From Tubiluchus corallicola (taxonomy: Eukaryota; Animalia; Priapulida), in NCBI GenBank assembly GCA_030141605.1, contig JAQGDQ010000022.1, forward strand, positions 1 to 64,000: a DNA stretch of 64,000 nt, written 5' to 3'. Below, in pieces: positions 21,301 through 32,573 of the stretch. The notes under the pieces were generated by a model. It worked only from the letters and a program-made list of their open reading frames with translations. It did not search any database and was not told the origin of the DNA. A program made the position numbers and the translations under genes. Position 1 is the stretch's first letter. Each line of letters starts with the position of its first letter.

Positions 21301-24300
21301 ATCGATGACATATCTAAAATATAAAAAAAGAAAATTAAAACTGTCTTGTGGAAATTTTACATTAATTTGTTTCAAAGATACTATTAGATTTAATACGTTT
21401 ATATGATTTTATGCATGCTTACAGTGATTTCTCATCAACCACAATTTTGCTTTTTAAATGTTTAATTATAAACACCGAATAAATTCTGGAACACCAAGGC
21501 GACTCTGGCTAGATAACGTAAGATAATGGACAGACCTCGTGCATGTATTATATGAGACAAGACAAGGTAAGGCAAAGCAACACAAGACAAGGAGTGGCAA
21601 AACTAGACAAGGTGGCAAATAGTGGTGAAACTCCATTGTACATAAAATCGACAGTTAACAGCGGCTTTTACAGAAGTAATTAAATTAAACCAAATGTCAG
21701 ACATACACACAAATAATATACAAGTAAACTTAATTAGTATTTTAAACAAATGTATGACATGGCAATGTCTTCTGGGTCTTTTAAATAGCCAGGAAGAAGG
21801 GAAAACTACATGAAAAATATTAAAGACAGTATTTAAATATTTAAAATTATTAAAATTGTGCCTTCAAAAAGTTACAAAGCAAACACTATTTGAAATTTAG
21901 TTGATTGTAACAGTTCATTGCTCTAAACCTTGTACGAAAAAGAGTTAATGCAAGTGGTATTTTCTTAATTCATACATGTCTGCTTTGAAAAGGAACCATT
22001 TTTTGTCTTTTAACCCAAAGTAAACGGCAGAAAAGGCAACTGAAACAATAAAAATAAATATATAAACAACCTCCTTCCCTCACAGCAGTAACTTTTTACA
22101 CCCGAGGTTTCCCCAGTAACATATCTGTTGGGAGACAAGCTGTTTGTGTGGTGAGCACTTCACTGATTTAGCTGACAGCTGCTCAAGTTTATTACCCTTT
22201 ATACAAGCATTTATGGCAACTAATGCTTGCCTGGAGTCATAACATTTGTGATTAGCTTCTAACATCACACAAAGGGTGCTGAGAAGAGTTAAGAGAATGA
22301 AGAACAACTTTAGTTTTGTTAAGAATTACCCAGATTTACCCAGTATAATTCAACCAAATATAATCAGGCTCATGATTTCTAAAATATTAATGTGAAGCGC
22401 TTGTCTTTTTAAACATATAGCAAGATATAAAAAGCACTCTTGAAACTTTCCAGGGGAGCTGTTACAGCATTTTTAAAATTTTTCTTTCTCATTCTTGTAG
22501 ATCTAATTTTATAACTAATAACTAGATAAGTATAACGACCTTATGAGACCCCGATGTTATTATTTACACTGCATATATACAACGTGTAACTTAACATTGT
22601 ATCCAGACCCTCTATCAAAAGACAAGAGAGCAAGTGCATAATGAAGATCAAAACTATTATTCTGGAGTTTTCAGTTTCTTAGCCCATGTGGACTGATATC
22701 AGTAATATATCTGATCCCAGAAAATTGATGAGTAGGTTATAAAAAGGGCAATAAGAATTTTGTGAACAATTTCCATTCATTTAATTAAATTACTGTACTA
22801 GTTTACCAATTCATAGTTTAGTTACTGAAAGTGTTTGCCACATTTTAATACAAATACAGTATACAGTAGACAATTTGTTGTGCGAATTATACATGCACTA
22901 TAATTGGGACAAGAAATTATTAGAGTAGCACTCTATTAACTGTAAAACAGTAACCACATGTTAAACAGTAGGTATGCAATCACTATGCATGCGTAATTAT
23001 TTTTGTCTGCAGCGAAATCACGAGTGCTGATCAGGGACTAAGCACAACTGAAACATTATAATAGGATCAGTATGTGACTTAGCAAGGCAGTTGGCAAAGA
23101 ACTATACGGGTCCAATAAAAGAGCACGTCATTAGTTCGGGATTTTACTCGTTTGCTTTCCAAATAGCAAATTTTTACTTGTCCAATGGGTGACTCTGAAA
23201 ACCACTAGGAACAAAATCACTGCTAAACATGTTGGTAGTATAATTTTCGGAATTGGGGAACACAGTAAAGGTGTTTCTAACTGCAAATTTAAAAAAGCAA
23301 CTTTTGCTTGTAACCTTGGGCTTCTGTAATAGGACATCAATATTAACATGGTTAACATGCAAAAACAAGAATGATCAACAACAAAGTTTGTTGATAAATA
23401 ATTAATCAAACCAAAAAGCACTTTTACAGCCAGTTGTTTTCTCTAAAACAACATGGTGTTTGCTACTGTAATTGAGACGTCAACTTAACACAACAAAATT
23501 AGAAATGAACGTATTCTAAAGCTATTGAAATACTTGGACTACTAGATGAATAACGTCTTCCAAGTAAATTCACTGGCCTAAAAATTCTAATACACCAACT
23601 GAGTTCTGATGTAAGAATTCTAAGCAATATAACCAAAAATAAAGTGTGCTAGCAAAATGTACATACTTTCACCATCAACTGGAATGTCTACGGCAAGATC
23701 GTCTAGTTGTTCTTCCTTCAAAAATTTCTGCAAAAATCCTCCTGTCTGGGATGAAGTTTCGTTAGAAAAGAAAAAGCTATTTGCATCCAAGTCCATCGCA
23801 TCGGAGCTGCCACCACCTCCATGCTGGCTGGCATTGGTGGCAAGCTGAGCTCTAAGTTCTATTAGCAAAAAAAGTATAAATAATTAAAATATAACAAACA
23901 TTGCACAGGCACACATAGCAAGACACTGACAAAAAATCACGGTCTAAATGACTGCTATATATCTTTGTAAAACACTTTAGCTGTTGAAGAAACATTTATG
24001 ACGTAAAGTCTACAGGCATTTGCTTTTAGCTTATTGCTAGGAAGTCAGTTTTTCCTGGTAATTGAAACTTCCTGGAAGCATGAGCAATTCAAGCAAACAA
24101 AACTAAACTGAAAGGGCATTAATGTAACTAGGACAAAGAAAAGAACAAAGCTCATAAAAACAGTCACGTACTTCATGTCACATCAATACATAATGAACGA
24201 TCGTATCCCTTTATAAAAGTAACAACAACAAATTAGCTTTATCCTCGATATTGTAATTCTGTGTTAGTGCACAGCCTACAAAGAGTTAACACACAAAATT

Positions 24301-27273
24301 TTACTACAGTCATTGCATAGTAGCTATTTGGCAGTAACCTTACTACAAAAATTCTAATTTTATGTTAGCAATGCTGCTTGAGCTGTAACCACGTAAATAC
24401 AACTAAGTGAGTGAAATAATCATTTGTTAAAAACTGTTTACATTTCTATATAATTAGTATTCTTTTAAGTGGAGTCAGTAGTAAGCCCTGAAATAACTTT
24501 CAAGAGTGCACCTTTTCATTGGAGGCTGCACTTTTCGAAAACTGCCTTTCCTTCTAGATTACAAATAAAAACCCGCCATTAGCAGCTATTCACTTTCATT
24601 ACAACAACTAGTAATGACCTACCTGTGTAGTTTAATAAGTTTGCAGGGACCATTGATACATTCTGAAGTAAGACATCTTCTGCCCGGATTTCAGACTCAG
24701 GCATTGTTGCGTATGCATTTGAAGTAGAATTCAGCTGAAATGCATCATCTATATAATCACTGTGTCCTTCAAGCTGCAAAAGATTTGATACATCCTGCCA
24801 TCGCTGTTCCATACTAGTGAGCCTGATATACGATGGAGTTGTCTCGTCATCCTGGCAACAACAAGATCAAATACTTAATGGGCACACTGTAATCAGAGTG
24901 CAGCAAACAAGTAAATTAGCTGTCTTAATTTTATGCAAAAAATACCCAGAATCTATGTTATTTGATTGCACAAATAAACACAAGGTGCCAAAAAATTCCC
25001 TGAAGAAAGTGAGTTATCCCGTACAAGACTAACAGTAATTAGAAATTAATGAGAGGTCAGAAATGCTATACATACGTTACTGTGAGCTTGTTGTTGAATA
25101 AATGAGTGCAAATAGCTATCAAACTGTTCAGGAGCATTGTCAACAGCAACAAGTGATGCAGTGTCTTCTACTTGCAGAAGATTTATTTCGTTTTGCCGAA
25201 AACCCTTTAAAGTAGAATGGGCATTTTTACTAGATTAAAAACCCGAACAAATGAAGTTAAATTCCACTTCAAGAACGTTCAAAATGTAAACTAACTTGAA
25301 ATAGCTGTGTAAAAGCAAAGCAACAGCACCAAAAAATAAGTTCTTATAAAAACATAAATGAACAAAACTGACACCTGAAATACTTCTGTTTCATCAGACT
25401 GATATGACACTTCAGAAACATGTGTCGATTCCGAATCTTGCCGTAATCGTTCAGGTTGTAAGCCATCTTCTTTGCATGGTGGCAGGAATCCTTCGGATAC
25501 AGTATCCAGTACCTGGCTAATGTCATTCAAATGAATACTCAATTCAGCTTCAGTCAAGTGAAGATTAGAAGGAGATGGTTCTGCAACTGATGACGAGATA
25601 TTGTCGTTCTCCTTTTGTACAATGTGTTCACCTAGAAACAAACACCTAAAAGCTGATAAGCTCTGATTTAATTTCTAAGTCGCATTATCAATAATTCGTG
25701 ACATAATAACTAAAACACTTACATACACAAAAATGTATCTTGTCAAGAGAAATTTTTAATTTGATAAAGTGGACTACAGGGCTATCACTCATCGTATACT
25801 TACAATTACAAGAAAGGCAATGTAGTAAGTGTTTGGATACAAGTCAGCTGGGCTGCTCAGCACTGGAAGGATTATACTAATTGTATATTAAAACTAATTT
25901 ATTAATCTTACACTACATACATTTGTTTTTTCGTGTTTTTGAGAACCTGGGGGATACATACCATATACAGGAAATTTTCAGGCAGTGTTTTCACAGAAAA
26001 ATCAATAAATTCCATCACAGAAAATGATACATCTAATGTATACTAAGATAGCTCACCTGTCTCTCCATCAATATAGTATTGTAAGCCATTCCATGGATCA
26101 TTTTGATCAGCTTCTTTCTCTTCCGATTTTTCTTTGTCCGCCTTACACTTTTCCTTCTCGGCAGTGCGAAGGATGGGATCGAACATTTCCCGACATGCTC
26201 CCAAATCTATATCCTGCTTCCACAGTACGTCAATCAAGTCCATGTCCTGGAAGAAATGTTACAAACAATTCGAAGCAACTAAATTTCTTATAAAATGTAT
26301 ATATGTGAAATTTATGTCTTGAATTCAACGTTCATGCAAAAATTAGGAAAAAACTCAGCAAGTGTTTATATTGTGTTTTCCAAAACTAAGTAGACATAGG
26401 CAAAAAACAAACACCAATTTACTATCACAGCCATGGTACAAGACAATTTCATAATAATATTATTAATGACAGACATTGTCTTTCAACATTATAATTTTTT
26501 TCAGTTAAATATTCAATCAAAAATAAAAAAATTGTGGTGTGCACTAGAACACATTATTTGATTGCATATATCTAAATTAAACTGATATCAAAGATTGCAG
26601 TTAATAATATCTACATATAATTAGGGCTAGTAATAAATAAGCAATTAATACTAATTAGTGTTTGAAAACAATAACAACACTGTTATCAAGACACCAGGTC
26701 ACAAAATATATATCCTCATGCTGCTATACGTGCAGATGATTATTTTACCTCTTTGGTGAGATCGTTGTTTGGAAATACTGTCCGCCAACTTTCTTCATAT
26801 CCAAGAGCACAATCGGTAACATTGTTATCAAGCCGTTCTGCATTATGGCTATACCTAGGAGTGTCTGTGTTTACATGTGTAGCACTGTTTTGAGTATTAT
26901 TGTTATTACTAGAGGCATGATGATGTTGCACTTCATTTTGTTCAGCCAGCAAGAATGCTTGAAAATTCCTTGTAGAAGGGTAAGTAACACTATCATACAG
27001 TCCTAATATAGTTAAATTCTCCACTATATGGTGTGGTTCAAAGAATTTGGTATTAACAAAGTAAGATGATGGCCTGATATGGTATTGTGTTTGATGCTGA
27101 AAAATTACATCAGACTGTTGCTCGAAATTGTTCAAAAGATCACTGTATCCAGATTCCACATACATATAATTTTGCAAGTTGGGATATGAATACAAATCTA
27201 ACCGCAAAATGCTCAAAACTGTGGCTATTTGAAGTAAGCCATCTGTGAAAAATTGTTTCACTTGCATTGCCAT
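18343..27273 (-). CDS. cnc: Cap'n'collar bZIP transcription factor (Nrf1/Nrf2/CncC orthologue), 9 coding exons, about 763 aa
   Basis: Exons (minus) 27273-26749, 26246-26057, 25631-25375, 24851-24623, 23858-23673 (or 23667), 21313-21216, 20423-20199, 19771-19421, 18573-18343, all phase-compatible. Motifs: NHB1 ([17 protein letters not shown]), [49 protein letters not shown], the CNC domain [23 protein letters not shown], the basic region [19 protein letters not shown], a leucine zipper, and Neh3 [15 protein letters not shown]. Confidence 0.95.
19421..19771 (-). CDS. cnc: cnc exon encoding the CNC domain, basic region and start of the leucine zipper
   Basis: [12 protein letters not shown]...[22 protein letters not shown]; AG acceptor and GT donor in phase 0. 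Confidence 0.95.
26057..26246 (-). CDS. cnc: cnc exon encoding Neh2-like Keap1 degrons (DLG and ETGE)
   Basis: [16 protein letters not shown]...YYIDGETG|E. Confidence 0.95.
26749..27273 (-). CDS. cnc: cnc first coding exon with NHB1 signal-anchor and NHB2-like segment
   Basis: [26 protein letters not shown] resembles the NFE2L1 N-terminus. The exon ends LTKE at a GT donor. Confidence 0.88.
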
Positions 27274-27859
27274 ACTCTTCGTTGTCTACGATTGAAGCAC
27301 TCAACCAGTTGTATACTAGTATAAGGTGTAGTCACTTAAACCTATACTATAGTTATCAAACTGTTAAAACACATTGATTCTCTCTTCCTAACTCTTGCAC
27401 TCACTGCCCAATGTTCATTGCAGACTAGAGGTTTTCATCGCTCAAACTTGACGCACTGTGTTACATTACATGGCTTCTTTGACTAGGTTTCCAAGAACAA
27501 AGTCTTTCTCATATCGTAAAAATACAGCAAGCTACGCACCCATGAGCCACGACTCAGTGTAAACTTACGAGCAACGACGAGACAACAAAAACGTCAGACT
27601 TAAGAGCGTCTAGACCGTTATTAGCTCCTGCATACCGTTGGTTGCTCTCAGAATCCAACGCAGTTAAGAGACAAAGACTTGTTCACTAGCATCGATCTGA
27701 ACTTGGTTAAATGCTGGGGTCAAGGACAAATAATAATGCGCAAAAATTCTAAGTTATTACAAAAACTGTAATTCGGACATGGTACATAAGTAATTTCATC
27801 GATAAACTAGTAGAAAGCCTTAGAAATTTTACTATTATTAAATTCTAACATACAAACAA

Positions 27860-27995
27860 ACACGTGCTAAACAAAGGAAATCAACTTCTACGTACAGCAA
27901 ACCGCAAGACAATGAATCAGCAAAATCCACCTGCCGCAATAACAGAAACCAACCAACATGGCATCAGACATGAGTCACACAGTCATGTCACGTGC
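27860..27995. promoter_or_regulatory. Cluster of bZIP/bHLH sites upstream of cnc (ARE-like, AP-1, two E-boxes)
   Basis: CACGTG 27861-27866; TGAATCAGCA(AAA) 27913-27922; TGAGTCA 27971-27977; GTCACGTG 27987-27994; locally CpG-richer DNA. Confidence 0.4.
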
Positions 27996-29211
27996 ACAAA
28001 CTGCGCTTGCGCATTTAAGAAATCAACGATTCGGGAACGTTCTCGGCGCTCGCATGTGTTCTTGTGCTCGTCATCAAAGTATACAAAAGGCAGATACTCT
28101 CTTTATACACTTTGTCTTCCTGAGGAAGATACGTATACTCCTGTTCAAGAAAGACTGTGCGACTATAACAACTCCCAAAATAATACTAGAAAACGAATTA
28201 CCATTATTTTTATTTATATTATTGCCCCTATGTTTGAAAATTGATCTACTAAAATAAATTATACAACCTGCCTTTCTGCTATACTAACACTACTTCACTT
28301 ATATGGCTGTCCAATCGTGATTTATAACGTTGATCTAGTGAATTAATTTTTCAAAATACTGAGTTAAGAAAATATTCTCATCGACTCGGAAACACTAAAA
28401 AAAACACTGACTGCTACGTACCGCTTAGTGAAATATAAACGAGCATTTACTGTAGCCTACATTTTCTTTTGTACCTTGTTAGCTAGAAGTTTTTGGTCCT
28501 GTTTTTATTATTAAGATTTCTACAGCAGAATCTTCTTGATTTAAGCCCGGTTTTTATTTTTATTTATTTATTACTTGTGACGTTTTGTTTCTTTAATAAC
28601 TCACACACGCATAGGGCTAGGGTCACGCAACTCACAAGACATACTCCCCAGGTAGGGGGATTTATGTTAATATGCGACCCGTCACCCTTGGTTCAAGAGT
28701 CGTGTAGCGGGCAGGGCTTCTTGTTTTTTTCGTTAGGCTGGATCTCCTCCTACAGTTTTTGAGCTATAGCAACAATTTTTGGTATGTGGTTAGGTGGTGT
28801 CGAGTTGTTGTGCAAGGCTGAATATGAGTCATGTCCGAACTGAAACATTTTTCGGTAGGGGGCAAAAACCAAAATCGAGGGGGCGGGTATACAAGTGCTT
28901 CCAGGTTCGAGTAATAGTGTCATGTAATATATCAAATGAAAGGCCTCGATGAGACAAAACGAAAGGTAGAAGTTTCGCTAATTTCGCTGGACCTCAGTAT
29001 CACAAGTTAAAGTTAGAGGTTTCCGATTTCAGTATTGAAACATCGTCGAGCAAAAGTGTTCGTCGGGCTTGTTATGGGAATGTTTAAGACAGTTTTATAA
29101 CTCTTTAGGAAAAGAAAGAGCTGGCTACAAGATAATGTAAGTTTTTTTTCTGAAAACACCCAGACAAGCGCAAGCATCGATCAATAAATTGCTGGCTAAT
29201 TAGTGGAAATT

Positions 29212-29244
29212 TCACGTGATTGTCGGGCAAAGCAAATGACGTCA
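29212..29244. promoter_or_regulatory. Adjacent palindromic E-box and full CRE
   Basis: TCACGTGA 29212-29219 and TGACGTCA 29237-29244 in the cnc-trx spacer. Confidence 0.3.
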
Positions 29245-30302
29245 CACAGTTTGCCTCACTATTATAGCCCTTATAATCCGACCGTGATTAATTTGTTGAA
29301 ATACACATGATGTAACAGTTAGAGTGCATGTTGAAAACCCACTTAAAGCTTTTGCCCCCACTCTTTCTTATATCTTTTCGGTTCACACTCGGTTTGGACA
29401 CTATGCAAAATACTTCTGTCAGTTTCTACAAAATTAATTGTATTTTCGTTTTTCTTAAAATTGATTTGAATGTTCTAATGTTAAATCGCTATTTAAATTC
29501 AAATTAATTATTATTCTGCTACTTGATGAAGCTCACTGATAACTGCGGAAGGAAAACCCTGTGTAGTCACGTTGTGTGCTTGGTTGCGAAGAAAACAACA
29601 CAGGGCTTGGTTAATAATTAGACTTGTGGCTGGTCACCTGTGAAAAAAGTATACTTTTCATGTTACTGAATCGAAATGTAATTCCTGAGTTCTCAAACAT
29701 GGTGCATTCAACGGAATTCCTTCATAGCCTTCAACTATGGACCACTGGTGAAAAAGTCACAAGTTCCGAATTCACTAAAGCGTTTACTGTCAAGTACAAC
29801 GTTTGATGTTAACTATTTTATAAAACATTTTTTATTTTAAAGCAAAATCTCTCACACGAAGCATCTCCTGTCACAAAAGCAGAATCTTACCACAGTTTTT
29901 GAAAAAAGCGTCCACTAGTTTATAGTTTATATTTTATAATTTTGAATACCAGATTTTGCATCAAATACTGCATGTACTGTTGGTATTGTGCACCTTTTAC
30001 TAAAATATTTTGCTGTGTTTTGCCAAGTTTATATTTCTATATAATTGTAAATTATATTTTTGTATCTATTGCCATTTACTAGAATGGTATTTGTGCACAT
30101 AAACTAAATTAAAAAAATGAAACTTTAATTTTAAAGGAGTGGGATATGGGTCAACAAATAATCCATTAAACTTTTAAATTTTATCAGGGTAATTTATTGA
30201 TCGATTATATGTATAGAGCTGTTTGGCTTCAGTGGAGGTCTTCATTCTACACAGAGTGCTAATTCACCTCTAGTTATTTTTTTGTTACATGGCTATAACA
30301 AT

Positions 30303-30441
<139 letters not shown>

Positions 30442-32048
30442 CCTCTCTTTTTTTCTCTCACTCTCTTCTATCTCTCCAACGGATCTACTGCTGGCCAATC
30501 TTCTCTACTGTTTGTAATAATCATTTCAAACCCGAATCAAAGAAAATGCAAGGCAACTAATCCCTCAATCCACAGGATAAAGTCTTCTATCTGGTAATCC
30601 ACAACTAATCGACGATCAAAATGTTTACATATTTCAGTTAGTGCAGAGATATATTAATAAGACCAAAAGATTCCACCGTAGAAATTAGTCGATATTCAGT
30701 ATTTCAGCAGTTAAATTAATTAAAAATTAATGAGCTTACAGAGTGTAATACATTTTTGCTAATATAGTATCCTCCGATATGAGTTTTTGTCAATTTAATT
30801 CTGTACATACTTTGTAATTTTCTATGTATGTACAAGCCTGCGTTACAAATCAGTTTTTTAGTATGTTCACCTCTGGCATTATAATAATAAATTAAAAATA
30901 TGTTTATATAAACTAATTTCAATAATATTGTTATCAGACAATCAGATTACAGTAAACCGTATGTTGTAACCATGCAAGCAACTGTACTTGATCATGAAGG
31001 CGCATATACATATTGGTTTCCTGCCACTGCCCTAGATATATTCAGCCGTCTATACGTATATTTTTGCTGTTATACAGCATAAAGATTTTAATTATATTAT
31101 TATTTCTAGAAGCCGACGACTTCAAGCTTGGCCGAGTGGACAAGTCCGTGGAAAAATAATATACTTTTTGTCAAAATTGTAGAGATTAAGTTAGTGAATT
31201 CACATCTTTGAGTGACTTTTAACATGCAGAAAAAATAATTTACAGATTTACATATGTATTTATTTTGAAGGACTAAGTTTACACGTATACTGTGAGAATA
31301 CTTGCTTACAGGAAATTGCAGATTCAATTCTGCGATAAGTTAATGAAGATCTCTATAATATACAGCCATATTACCTTTCTTGGCTACCTTCCTCAAATTT
31401 ATTACCATCTTCACATCTACCAATGTAAAACATCTCTTTTCAGTGGGAAGCAAGACGTAACAACCTACACGCTATAATTACTGTAATTCTCAATAGTCAG
31501 TAGTAGTTATAGTAGCCTATAAGTTCAGTTTTTCTTTACTATGACCAAGCCGAAGTTCAACAAAATATGAGCAGTAAATATTCAGTACTATAAATATTAT
31601 AAACAGTTAACTCCGGATTTCTACAGTGTTGATGATCTTGTTCGCAGTCGGTTTCATCCTTTATTATGGGGAACCATGTGCGGCATTCCTGCAGAGTATG
31701 GCAGTAATTTAAATATCACCAAAAAAGGTTTCTAGTTTATCTCTGAAGATTCTTTTGGTAGCACTGGCTGCTGTTTTGTAAGTTCTAAGTTGCTTGGATA
31801 GACTTCATTAATTTTTATTAAACTGCTTTTAATTCGTCGAACATTATGACAAGCTGTTCATTATTTTAAAAGGTAATAGTTATTGCGATATAACGATTAG
31901 ATTATATACATTGTTTGTTATTTTGTTACTGTTTTGCGAATATTCCGACAACGATAATGAACAGGCCTGCAATCAATCGTTTCATTGCTTTTTCTTTAAA
32001 TAAAGGAGTCGCAAAAAACAGACAATGTGACTCTTTAAGAAATACGTA

Positions 32049-32063
32049 CCGCCACCTGCTGAC
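32049..32063 (-). promoter_or_regulatory. CTCF-like motif just upstream of the trx start codon
   Basis: The minus strand reads GTCAGCAGGTGGCGG, close to the CCASYAGRKGGCR core. Confidence 0.35.
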
Positions 32064-32082
32064 CTAAACAGTAACTTGATCA

Positions 32083-32573
32083 ATGATGGCGGGATTACGT
32101 TTTCCAGGTCGGCCGGGTGTGAGATTTAACAATTTTGAAGTAAATTATTGGATGCAAAACAAATCCAACAATGACAAACGTGATGCAAACTTTGAACGAG
32201 AAAAACTGTGTTCTTTCAATAGCTTGTTTGTTGAAAAATGCCAGGTAATCATTTAAATTCTCCGCCTCATCGCCTGTAAAGATTACACGACAGTGTTGCG
32301 TTCAAGTTTTTGCTTGCAAAACAGTAATGGCTTGCTTATTCTTTCACTACGAAGCAGTGTATGAATTTTCTTGGATTTTGCGTAATAAACTAACTTATTC
32401 TAAACTTATTTTTGAACTAACGGTTTGGATTTTTAGGGCGTAATCTATCCGTTTCGTGGTTTTACTGAAGCAGATGCAAACAATTGCTTACAGAAATTGC
32501 AACATGCTCAGTCAAAGTATGATGAAATATTTGTTGACGTTTCACGAGTCGATCATGACTTCCAGGATTCTGT
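32083..32573 (+). CDS. trx: trx exons 1-2: menin-binding motif and LEDGF-IBM-like FxGF (not in the supplied ORF track)
   Basis: [12 protein letters not shown]... in exon 1 and YPFRGF in exon 2; GT-AG junctions are phase-compatible with exon 3. Confidence 0.85.

Noticed and set aside
22080-22307. Minus-strand ORF in a cnc intron
   Set aside because: No similarity to CNC proteins, and it is not needed to keep frame between exons 5 and 6.
27864-28257. 126-aa and 99-aa plus-strand ORFs upstream of cnc
   Set aside because: No recognisable domain or splice signals; they overlap probable promoter DNA.
28650-29060. Repeat-like GC-richer segment in the cnc-trx spacer
   Set aside because: It resembles interspersed-repeat sequence, but no TIR, TSD or coding remnant could be delimited.
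31630-31747. TGATGA...CTGA box C/D snoRNA-like pair
   Set aside because: Box C is imperfect, there is no terminal stem or identifiable rRNA guide, and the position is intergenic.
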